Below are positions 27,543 through 34,890 of a DNA stretch of 34,890 nt, one piece after another. The DNA lies in IMG/VR virus record IMGVR_UViG_3300011338_000865, positions 1-34,890 of that record; one strand, given 5' to 3'. The DNA comes from a virus. Lineage: Duplodnaviria > Caudoviricetes. Each line of letters starts with the position of its first letter. Position 1 is the stretch's first letter. The translations under genes and the position numbers were made by a program. The notes below the pieces were generated by a model. The model was not told the DNA's origin, did no database searches, and saw only the letters and a program-made list of their open reading frames with translations.

Positions 27543-27948
27543 CCAGGACTTTGAAGAAGCAGAAGTCGATATATTTGTATTAGAGAAAGCACTTGAAGCA
27601 GCATACTGGATGCCACTGTACGTAAAGCGAGCTGAACTTGCTTTAGTGGCAGCAAAGCAAACGCTTATTAAAGCTGAGGCTTTGTATGAGAAACATAAGA
27701 ATGAGGCATTTATCCAGGCTGATGCTCGCACTGCTAACGAAAAGAAAGCAATTGCTGAGCTAAAGCTCATGGAAGATCAGTTTGAGTGGGAAGAAGATGG
27801 ACAGATGAAAAGATGTTCATATCACGAACTGGTGCAAATGGCACAGATCGAATACTCAACGGCTCTTGTTCACCACCACTACCAACTAAGTAGGGAAAAG
27901 GAAATAATGATGCGTGTTTCTGCCCTTAAAGAACAGATGAAGAAATAG
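27517..27948 (+). CDS. hypothetical helical protein
   Basis: ORF; start uncertain (27481 TTG or 27517 ATG). Confidence 0.65.
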   Translation: MKQLNPPHDQDFEEAEVDIFVLEKALEAAYWMPLYVKRAELALVAAKQTLIKAEALYEKHKNEAFIQADARTANEKKAIAELKLMEDQFEWEEDGQMKRCSYHELVQMAQIEYSTALVHHHYQLSREKEIMMRVSALKEQMKK

Positions 27949-27954
27949 TGACAC

Positions 27955-27983
27955 TTGCAATCTTATCACAGGCGTGATATAGT
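27955..27983 (+). promoter_or_regulatory. sigma70-type promoter with overlapping palindromic operator
   Basis: TTGCAA-17-TATAGT; GCGTG extended -10; TATCAC-N4-GTGATA at 27964-27979. Confidence 0.75.
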
Positions 27984-28009
27984 GAGTGTGCATTCTTAAC
28001 AACAAGAAT

Positions 28010-28225
28010 ATGCAAACACTATTTGTTCCTACTAAGGTTCCCTCATATATGCAAGATCAAGCAAAGTTTCACAAGGGCGAGCGAGTTATATTTGATAACC
28101 GCTTAGTTTGGGTGAATGACATTTGTTTTGATGGTGTCAGTATTTGTTACTCCCTCTCAGGAATTGATGAGTGGATTCCAGAATTTGCTATAGATTCTAA
28201 CCCAGAAGAAAATTATGAAGACTAG
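28010..28225 (+). CDS. small hypothetical protein (SH3-like pattern)
   Basis: KFHKGERV...YSL...WIPE; ATG downstream of the promoter. Confidence 0.6.
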   Translation: MQTLFVPTKVPSYMQDQAKFHKGERVIFDNRLVWVNDICFDGVSICYSLSGIDEWIPEFAIDSNPEENYED

Positions 28226-28397
28226 TGAAAAAGTTACTATTGATGGCATTGAGTTTGATGTTGACGAAGTCAAACCCTTCCTCCACAGCAAAATGCAATG
28301 GCATGTCTATGTTAGTAAAAGTGGAAAGAAATTCCTTACTACTAAGATAGGCACTGATTTCTTTACTAAGCCAACCCCAATTAAACCCACCAACTAA
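28215..28397 (+). CDS. hypothetical protein
   Basis: 60-aa ORF with an operon-like overlap. Confidence 0.6.
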   Translation: MKTSEKVTIDGIEFDVDEVKPFLHSKMQWHVYVSKSGKKFLTTKIGTDFFTKPTPIKPTN

Positions 28398-28406
28398 TTT
28401 TACTTT

Positions 28407-29006
28407 ATGTCACATCGAGCAGATACCCCCATCAGCCAACGTTTAATGACAAGTCTTCACTCTATCCTAGATACTACCAACCTCACAATTGCAGACATTG
28501 CTAGTATGATGGGATCAGATAAAGAGAATCTCCGCCGCTTAGCCTATGGTCGAGTGCAGAAACTCTATTTCTCAGGTTTCGTAGAGCGCCTTGAGCTTAC
28601 CCTTGCAGATATTGGAGATTGGATTAGTGAGAACGGCCATAATGGCATTACACAATATGTACGAAACAGTGCAAGAAAGTATTCACTACAAGCAGTCGCA
28701 CAAAAACATAATCCACCAAAGAAAAAAGTAAAGGTACAAAAAAAGGCGAAGCGTTTTGCCACTGGTGCACACTTTACTGGTAGAAGTTTGGCAGAAAGAA
28801 AGGCTGACTTAAATCAATCAGTCTCTGATTACATAGCTCGTTTACAGTCAACTGATCAGCATATGCAAAAAGCACTGAAAGAATCAGCAGAAAGAATCAA
28901 GAAGCATGAACGTATCAATACATTTATGAACATATTCATTATCCTTGATATCGTTCTTATCACTGTTCTCATACTAGTTTCACTAGTACAAGCATTCCGT
29001 TCCTAA
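28407..29006 (+). CDS. HTH protein with C-terminal transmembrane anchor
   Basis: LTIADIASMMGSDKENLRRLAYG; basic linker; IFIILDIVLITVLILVSLV. Confidence 0.65.
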   Translation: MSHRADTPISQRLMTSLHSILDTTNLTIADIASMMGSDKENLRRLAYGRVQKLYFSGFVERLELTLADIGDWISENGHNGITQYVRNSARKYSLQAVAQKHNPPKKKVKVQKKAKRFATGAHFTGRSLAERKADLNQSVSDYIARLQSTDQHMQKALKESAERIKKHERINTFMNIFIILDIVLITVLILVSLVQAFRS

Positions 29007-29027
29007 AATAAATATTAAAAACTTTTT

Positions 29028-29903
29028 ATGAAATTTTCCCTTAATGGATCTTCTGTTTGGGCTCGTATATTTTTTGGTCTTTTTCTGGTGGGTGTAGTGT
29101 TGGTTGGTGTTACTATGTATGGCTCTAACTGTTCAGGTGACACCTGCATTCAGAAGCAGATTGATGATATGCGATTAGAAAAAGATGCGTATCAGGCAAA
29201 AATCAATGATATCAATATGCACATAAACGAACTCAAAAAGGGGTTCAGTGCTGGCTACGTAATTGAACAAATACAGTCTCAGCATATGCAAAATGTTCAT
29301 CCAGATATTTTGACACAGCGTGATGAGTCTAAAGGGTTTAGCTTAATCCCTAAAGCAATGGCGGCAAGTGGAGAAACTATGCTTGATGTTCCATCAAAGA
29401 CTAGTAGCAGCAATGTCAGTGTTAGGTTTGCTCCTAACCAAATATCAGTAGGTCGTTATGGAGAAGTACTTGCAGAGCTTGGTAGTCCGTTCGCTTCTGT
29501 GCCAATTGAAAAGTACTGTAATGAAGCTCAGGTTAGTCAGTATCAGTGTGATATATTGGTCGGCATTTCATTTGCGGAAAGCAGAGTCGGAACTAGTTTT
29601 AGGAAAAGAGATGCAGCTGGCAACATAGTACTTGCTATAGAAGAAGGAAAGGCAAGATTTAATCCTGCTGGCATTAAGGGTGGTGGATTTAGTTATCCAA
29701 CTCCAGATGGTTGGTATATCAGACCATTTAAATCTTGGGATGACTTCTGGCAACAGTATCCACAAATTATGAAAAAAGGATATTTTGATAAAGGAGGAAA
29801 CACACCTGAGATTATATCAAAGTGTTACGTTAGAGGAGATTGTATTCAGGTAAAAGACGGTTGGGTTGATCGTGTTAAATCATTAATGGCTAAATTAAAA
29901 TAA
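29028..29903 (+). CDS. membrane-anchored/secreted lysozyme-fold (GH73/SLT-like) protein
   Basis: N-terminal TM; coiled-coil; ILVGISFAES (catalytic Glu), NPAGIK, FKSW, Y...W. Confidence 0.65.
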   Translation: MKFSLNGSSVWARIFFGLFLVGVVLVGVTMYGSNCSGDTCIQKQIDDMRLEKDAYQAKINDINMHINELKKGFSAGYVIEQIQSQHMQNVHPDILTQRDESKGFSLIPKAMAASGETMLDVPSKTSSSNVSVRFAPNQISVGRYGEVLAELGSPFASVPIEKYCNEAQVSQYQCDILVGISFAESRVGTSFRKRDAAGNIVLAIEEGKARFNPAGIKGGGFSYPTPDGWYIRPFKSWDDFWQQYPQIMKKGYFDKGGNTPEIISKCYVRGDCIQVKDGWVDRVKSLMAKLK

Positions 29904-29907
29904 TCCT

Positions 29908-30354
29908 ATGCAACCAAAAGATTTCAATCCAGAAGTACTGAAAAGTAGCTGGCTAAAGTTTACAAAGTTTATCAGTGCAATTTACGTGCTCAGTGTTGTA
30001 GTTATGGTCTATGCGGTTGTATCTATTTATCGAACTACTTATGAGCTTACTCGTTCAGAAATTGTTGCTTTTCTTGTTACCGTACTATCTATCCTTATTT
30101 TTCTCCTGGCTAAAAAGTTTGGAGCACGTTTCCTACCCAGTAAAACAGCTCTTGAAATCTTTGATACTCAGTTTGATGACGCAATAGAAAAAATGTGTAA
30201 GGATCTACGGGTTAAGCTTGGCAAAGAAGAGCATGATTACTCAAAAAAAGAAGATCCAGAAACACCTAAAAAACAAAGAACAGAAGAGGAACGTGTTGAC
30301 CTCTATAAAACAGCACGTGCTCTCATTGAGGAGTACAACAATAAAGATAAGTAA
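29908..30354 (+). CDS. membrane protein (2 TM)
   Basis: Two hydrophobic helices followed by a charged tail. Confidence 0.7.
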   Translation: MQPKDFNPEVLKSSWLKFTKFISAIYVLSVVVMVYAVVSIYRTTYELTRSEIVAFLVTVLSILIFLLAKKFGARFLPSKTALEIFDTQFDDAIEKMCKDLRVKLGKEEHDYSKKEDPETPKKQRTEEERVDLYKTARALIEEYNNKDK

Positions 30355-30380
30355 AATAACCCCCTAACTTTACCAACCAT

Positions 30381-31271
30381 ATGGCAGCAGATGATGTTGT
30401 TTCAACGATTATTAAAGGTCTTACACCAAAGCTACTAAAGGACAAGAGCTTTATTAAAGACCTAGACTCACTCTCACTCGAAAGGGTGCGCGAAGTAGTT
30501 AATGAAAATGGCATTAAGTCAGTTATTGTGCAACTCGGCAAAGATGGTGAAAAGAAAGATGTTGGTCAGCAACATGAGCGTTTCCCTCAACTTCTTAATG
30601 TTATGGCGAATAAGCTGCCAGTCTACATTGTTGGACCTGCTGGTAGTGGAAAGACTATGGGAGTTGAGCAAGCAGCAAAAGCCCTTGGTATTACGTTCGC
30701 TTGTATGAGTGTCGGTCCAATGACTACTCAATCTCACATCTTTGGCTACATGGATGCTCAGGGTAAATATGTAAGTACAGAGTTCAGAAAACAATATGAG
30801 AATGGTGGTGTATTCCTTTTTGATGAGATCGATGCTGGTAATCCTCAAGTACTAACCTCTATTAACTCTGCTTTATCAAGCGATCAATGTGCGTTTCCTG
30901 ATGGTATGATCAAGAAGCATGCAGGTTTTGTCTGTGCAGCATCAGGTAACACATGGGGTCTTGGTGGATCAGTGGAATATGTTGGCCGTAATGCAATGGA
31001 TGCTGCAACGCTTGACCGTTTTGTTTTCCTTGAATGGCCATATGACTTGAAGTTTGAGAAGCTACTTGCTTCTAATGAGGCTTGGGTAGATAAGATACAA
31101 AAACTCAGAGCTTTGGCTAATGAGAAAGACCTGCGTGTAGTGATATCACCACGTGCGAGTATTAATGGTGGCAAGCTACTTGATGCTGGTTTTACTGAGG
31201 AGGAAGTTTTGAAGATGCTTGTTTACAAAGGTATGGATGAGGCTATGGTCAAGAAGCTTAATGAGAATTAG
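30381..31271 (+). CDS. MoxR/CbbQ/CobS-like AAA+ ATPase
   Basis: Walker A GPAGSGKT, Walker B FLFDEID, sensor ASGNT, Arg finger AATLDRF, ISPR. Confidence 0.9.
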   Translation: MAADDVVSTIIKGLTPKLLKDKSFIKDLDSLSLERVREVVNENGIKSVIVQLGKDGEKKDVGQQHERFPQLLNVMANKLPVYIVGPAGSGKTMGVEQAAKALGITFACMSVGPMTTQSHIFGYMDAQGKYVSTEFRKQYENGGVFLFDEIDAGNPQVLTSINSALSSDQCAFPDGMIKKHAGFVCAASGNTWGLGGSVEYVGRNAMDAATLDRFVFLEWPYDLKFEKLLASNEAWVDKIQKLRALANEKDLRVVISPRASINGGKLLDAGFTEEEVLKMLVYKGMDEAMVKKLNEN

Positions 31272-32139
31272 TATGATAACTAATATTAAACTATTTAACT
31301 TTTTTATTGGCAAAGAAAACGTCCCTCATGAGATGGTAATCAAGAGAAAGCACTTTTTTAGGTCATATTCTGACCTTATTATCTGCGCGGAGAAAGGTGC
31401 TTACTCACCATCTGCCAGGGGTTTTAAGTCTGCTGCTACAAGAAATGATGGTTTTGGAGCTGCTACTTTTGATGAGGCAATCAAGAAGTCATGGTATGGT
31501 GACAAGGAAATACTCAAGTCTGTTCGTGAGTCTAGAGATCAAATAGTAAGGCACCTTAACGACACTACTTATCTACAAGACTGGCAATACTCAGAAAGTG
31601 GAGCTGGCGTTGATGTCGCTAAGTTTGTTACTGGACAGCCTGACTGTATGTTTGATGTACTACCTACAGAAAAGAAGTCAATCACGATTGCAATCAACTT
31701 TGCATACTCTTGGAGTTACGAACACGCTCAAGTTATTGCAGCTGGTGCTGCTGTGTTTATTATTGCAGAGTGGTTTCACCGTAACCGTTACAACGTTAGA
31801 ATTGTAGGTGATGAGGTATGTATACGAAATGGGCTGTACTACTGGCTTAATTTCCCGATCAAAGAGTATCATCAACCATTTGATACAGGGAGAATAGCTT
31901 TTATTCTTGCTCATCCTGCTTTCTTGCGAAAAGTAATATTTTCTGTAAATGATTCTACAGGAGATGAGACAAGAGAATTTTTTGGATTCCATACTGGTTC
32001 TGGCTATGGCAAAGTTTCTACTAGGGTAATGACTAATGCCCAGATCAAATTAAACATGCAAGATCTTTGTAGCAATGCAACATCTATTCAAAAAAGTGTT
32101 GAATTTATCAAAAAAATAATTGCTAAAAAATATGATTGA
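31261..32139 (+). CDS. probable AAA+ partner (degenerate vWA-like); start uncertain
   Basis: Directly follows the ATPase; GAGVDVAKFVTGQPDCM, then a Rossmann-like strand ITIAINFAYSWS. Confidence 0.6.
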   Translation: MRISMITNIKLFNFFIGKENVPHEMVIKRKHFFRSYSDLIICAEKGAYSPSARGFKSAATRNDGFGAATFDEAIKKSWYGDKEILKSVRESRDQIVRHLNDTTYLQDWQYSESGAGVDVAKFVTGQPDCMFDVLPTEKKSITIAINFAYSWSYEHAQVIAAGAAVFIIAEWFHRNRYNVRIVGDEVCIRNGLYYWLNFPIKEYHQPFDTGRIAFILAHPAFLRKVIFSVNDSTGDETREFFGFHTGSGYGKVSTRVMTNAQIKLNMQDLCSNATSIQKSVEFIKKIIAKKYD

Positions 32140-32434
32140 AGGACTAAAAAAAGAGTTTGTTTGTAAATATAAAGATAAAGATGGTGAAGAGTACTTTTTG
32201 GTAATTGGAACTGATGAAGATAATGATTTTGGTTATGCTTACGGTAGAGAGTTGGAGTCAATTTCAAGCGAAGATCTAGATTACATTACCGAGTTCTATG
32301 ATTTTTTTAATTTAAAGGATAAGTTTATGTACTTGCCAGAAGATCAAAGAAAAACTATCGTAGAAGATGTAATGAGGATCTTCTCAGAAGAAATAGAAGC
32401 TTCCTTACAAAGTGCTATAAAAAACTCATCATGA
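32132..32434 (+). CDS. hypothetical acidic protein
   Basis: ORF coupled to both neighbours. Confidence 0.65.
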   Translation: MIEGLKKEFVCKYKDKDGEEYFLVIGTDEDNDFGYAYGRELESISSEDLDYITEFYDFFNLKDKFMYLPEDQRKTIVEDVMRIFSEEIEASLQSAIKNSS

Positions 32435-33063
32435 ATACCTACCACAAAATAAATTCTCTTTATAAGAGAGATCCAAAAACGCATGCATTTATTCCAGAGT
32501 TATCAGATAATGAAGTAGCAGTAATTGGAGGGTGGATTGGAGAAGAAAAGATAGACGGCACTAATATTCGTGTCCACTATGACCCATTCGCAGAAACAGT
32601 TGAATTCGGTGGTCGTACAGACAATGCTCAAATACCTGCTAACTTATTCAAGTTTCTTCAGCAACATTTTACACCAGAACTATTCAAAGAATTTGAGCTG
32701 CCAGTCACTCTCTATGGTGAAGGTGTAGGCAAGAAGATTCAAAAGGATAGTCACTTATACCTACCAGAAGGACAGGATTATGGCTTTATTCTCTTTGACG
32801 TTGCACTAGGAGATTACTTAGTAGATATCCAAATAGTCACTGAGTTGGCAAAACAACTCGGAGTACCAAGGGCAACTATTATTATGGCTGGTTCTTTAGA
32901 TGATGCTGAGAGGCTGGTAAAGATTGGATTTGTCTCTTCGTTCTCTAGTAAAAAGATGGCAGAAGGTTTGGTTATTAAGACCCCAATGCCAGTCTATAAT
33001 AAGTACGGTAAAAGAATTATTACTAAACTCAAGTATGCAGACTTCCACCCTAAAACAAAGTAG
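32431..33063 (+). CDS. ATP-dependent RNA ligase (Rnl2-like nucleotidyltransferase domain)
   Basis: Motif I EKIDGTN, III LYGE, IIIa FILFDV, IV EGLVIK, V TKLK. Confidence 0.85.
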   Translation: MNTYHKINSLYKRDPKTHAFIPELSDNEVAVIGGWIGEEKIDGTNIRVHYDPFAETVEFGGRTDNAQIPANLFKFLQQHFTPELFKEFELPVTLYGEGVGKKIQKDSHLYLPEGQDYGFILFDVALGDYLVDIQIVTELAKQLGVPRATIIMAGSLDDAERLVKIGFVSSFSSKKMAEGLVIKTPMPVYNKYGKRIITKLKYADFHPKTK

Positions 33064-33241
33064 TGCGCACGAGCACGATTGGGAGGAGTTATTCATCCCA
33101 GAGATAAAAACACCAGTCTTCAAGAAATGTAGAAATTGTCCACAGAGATTGGTAATTAACTACGCTGGCTACAAAAGGTGGCGTATGAAGACATGTGGAG
33201 CAGATGCTGTTGCGTTTGCAACTGTTCAATATAAACTATAA
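33035..33241 (+). CDS. small putative Zn-binding protein
   Basis: HEHDW...CRNC; in-frame ATG 33035. Confidence 0.5.
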   Translation: MQTSTLKQSSAHEHDWEELFIPEIKTPVFKKCRNCPQRLVINYAGYKRWRMKTCGADAVAFATVQYKL

Positions 33242-33245
33242 ATAT

Positions 33246-33548
33246 ATGAAGATGAAGCCTAAAACACTAAAGAAAGGGTATGTTCTCATTAAGCAAGAAG
33301 TAGAAGAGCAAGTGACGGAGAGTGGAATTGTTCTTTCTAGTGAAACGATTGAAGACAAACAAAGAAAGATTAGACCTACTGGTTATGGTGAGGTGGTAGC
33401 AATTGCTCCTGATGTTGTCGACTTCAAGGTCGGTGATAGGGTGCTTTACTCAACTTGGGCACCCGTAACTATCACAGAAGATGAAGGAGAAGACAAAATC
33501 GAGTATCATGTGGTTGATCAACACTCTGTGTTGGCACTAATTGAATAA
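33246..33548 (+). CDS. groES: co-chaperonin GroES homologue
   Basis: YVLIK, mobile loop TESGIVL, GEVVAI, KVGDRVLYS, VLALIE. Confidence 0.9.
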   Translation: MKMKPKTLKKGYVLIKQEVEEQVTESGIVLSSETIEDKQRKIRPTGYGEVVAIAPDVVDFKVGDRVLYSTWAPVTITEDEGEDKIEYHVVDQHSVLALIE

Positions 33549-33553
33549 AAACC

Positions 33554-34099
33554 ATGGGAAAAGAACTGAAGCCCCACACCCAAAAGAAGTTCGCTAAGAA
33601 AACACCATCGCTTGCAGAACTTAAGTTTATCAGAGCATACGCCAAGCTAGGCAGTTACACCGCTGCTAGCAGACTAGCCTACCCCAATGCACATACTCCA
33701 CATGTTTACGGATATGTTGTTGCAAACAGACCACATGTGAAACCATACATCGACAAGATTAAGCAGAGCGTGCTTGACCAAGTTGATGATGTCATGATTT
33801 ACAATAGGTTTGAGGAGATCTACAACAATACGCTTTTCAAGAAGATCATTGTGAAGAAGAAACGCATTGCTGAGAATGCAGTTTATGAAGAAGAACAAGA
33901 GGTTGACCAAACACCACTAGCGTTACAGGCACTCAAAGGTATTGCTCAATTTAAGCGTGCAGCAGATGCAGAGAACAACCAACAAGGGCCTATGACAGTG
34001 ACTATTACGATGGACAATAGAATACTCAACGCAACTGAACAGAGTGCTATAAACCATCCTAAGGAAGATGACAAGCCAGAAGTAGTCATAGATATTTGA
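33554..34099 (+). CDS. terS: terminase small subunit
   Basis: KFIRAY..GSYTAASRLAY...PHVKPYI HTH pattern; ALQALK helix; extended C-terminus. Confidence 0.65.
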   Translation: MGKELKPHTQKKFAKKTPSLAELKFIRAYAKLGSYTAASRLAYPNAHTPHVYGYVVANRPHVKPYIDKIKQSVLDQVDDVMIYNRFEEIYNNTLFKKIIVKKKRIAENAVYEEEQEVDQTPLALQALKGIAQFKRAADAENNQQGPMTVTITMDNRILNATEQSAINHPKEDDKPEVVIDI

Positions 34100-34124
34100 C
34101 GGTGTTTCTTGTGCGTGATACATT
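34096..34124 (+). promoter_or_regulatory. sigma70-type promoter
   Basis: TTGACG-17-TACATT with GCGTG extended -10; overlaps the terS stop. Confidence 0.75.
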
Positions 34125-34147
34125 TCGGGAGTACTTAAACCCACCAC

Positions 34148-34411
34148 ATGTACAGAACACTTATCCGTTACCCCAGGCAGTTTCTGCCGAAGTTCGAGCC
34201 AGGAAAGGTGCTCATCATAGACGATATCCAGTTTACCGTTAGTGAGTATCGTGAGCTACCTAAGAACTCATATGGCTACAAGAACCACAACTTGGCTGGC
34301 ATCTTACTTATGCAGAGCCATGTGCACCATGTGAACGTAGTTACTAAGGTTAGGCTTGGTACGCGTGCTTCTTCACTGTATTTCGATAACCCCATACTAC
34401 AGCAATGTTAG
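34148..34411 (+). CDS. hypothetical protein
   Basis: 87-aa ORF just downstream of the promoter. Confidence 0.6.
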   Translation: MYRTLIRYPRQFLPKFEPGKVLIIDDIQFTVSEYRELPKNSYGYKNHNLAGILLMQSHVHHVNVVTKVRLGTRASSLYFDNPILQQC

Positions 34412-34509
34412 AGTTTATATTCAACGCTATTGGAGTGATGATCCAAGTAGTCGGGTACATTTGTGTTTTCATCCTCATCATGATGGCAGCCTACAGTATT
34501 TTTAACTAA
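34405..34509 (+). CDS. 34-aa hydrophobic micro-protein
   Basis: MLEFIFNAIGVMIQVVGYICVFILIMMAAYSIFN; fills the intergenic gap exactly. Confidence 0.55.
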   Translation: MLEFIFNAIGVMIQVVGYICVFILIMMAAYSIFN

Positions 34510-34517
34510 AAACTTTT

Positions 34518-34790
34518 ATGACAGATCGCGGTATTGGTTTCACAGTTGGTACCTACGTAGAGATACTTACTGGAGACAATATGGGTGATATTACAAAGGT
34601 AAAGTCTCATAAAGATGTAGGTGGAACCATATGCTACGTGCTTGCCTCTGATGAAGACTTCTACTACGGCCACGATCAGCTAAAGCCTGTACTTTCTAAG
34701 TGGTTAGGAGACTCAGAGGTAGAAGATGCAATTGCCTTACTTAAGCGTAAAGGGGTAATCAAAGATGGACAGATTCTAACTACCCTATAG
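34518..34790 (+). CDS. hypothetical protein (KOW/SH3-like N-terminus)
   Basis: FTVGTYVEILTGDNMGDITKV. Confidence 0.65.
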   Translation: MTDRGIGFTVGTYVEILTGDNMGDITKVKSHKDVGGTICYVLASDEDFYYGHDQLKPVLSKWLGDSEVEDAIALLKRKGVIKDGQILTTL

Positions 34791-34792
34791 CA

Positions 34793-34890
34793 ATGGAAAC
34801 CAAAGAGAGGATGTACTTGTGTATGTGGTGTTGGAAGCCTCGACAGGTAAATTTGTTCAGTATGACTTGTGAGTGTGGTGGTACTGGTAC
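34793..34890 (+). CDS. partial Cys-rich ORF running off the window
   Basis: METKERMYLCMWC...CECGG; no stop before the window end. Confidence 0.45.
   Translation, partial: METKERMYLCMWCWKPRQVNLFSMTCECGGTG

Noticed and set aside
1-34890. Alternative genetic code (TGA or TAG recoding)
   Set aside because: Core genes are full length in code 11; TAG ends portal and capsid at sensible positions; TGA is used in ATGA overlaps.
1-34890. CRISPR array, diversity-generating retroelement or retron
   Set aside because: No regularly spaced repeats and no reverse transcriptase motif seen. The 66-bp repeat has only one difference, unlike a TR/VR pair.
34800-34890. Terminal repeat or circular overlap with the window start
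   Set aside because: No match between the two ends was seen; both ends cut ORFs.

Overview
About 35 kb of a tailed dsDNA bacteriophage with podovirus/P22-like gene order, probably most but not all of the genome (the window ends do not overlap). On the + strand: an accessory island (micro-ORF, a direct-repeat-flanked orphan DNA methyltransferase, a tRNA-Pro-like element, tRNA-Tyr, HNH), then terL, portal, scaffold, major capsid, adaptor, LamG-domain proteins, nozzle, fibre, ejection proteins and an M23 lysis cassette. A short leftward block (RuvC-like gene, ~575-bp structured non-coding region) is followed by an early + strand region (SSB-like, HTH, membrane proteins, lysozyme-fold protein, AAA+ ATPase and partner, RNA ligase, GroES, terS). 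I recognised no integrase, polymerase, primase, helicase, reverse transcriptase or CRISPR array. The scarcity of Shine-Dalgarno sites hints at a CPR-like or other non-SD host (inference only). The most unusual observations are: (1) an 860-bp methyltransferase cassette bounded by a 66-bp direct repeat that gives two unrelated proteins the same 18-aa C-terminus and ends inside a tRNA-like gene; (2) a tRNA-Pro-like RNA whose UGG anticodon sits in a 3-nt loop; (3) a two-state RNA structure with an embedded uORF upstream of scaffold/capsid; (4) a structured, repeat-bearing non-coding region in a phage with no visible replication initiator; (5) LamG proteins with the same R-x-A-[TS]-[TS]-G-R motif at both termini; (6) a 13-bp intergenic motif repeated through the late region. 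All product calls come from motifs and synteny read by eye; no database searches were run.
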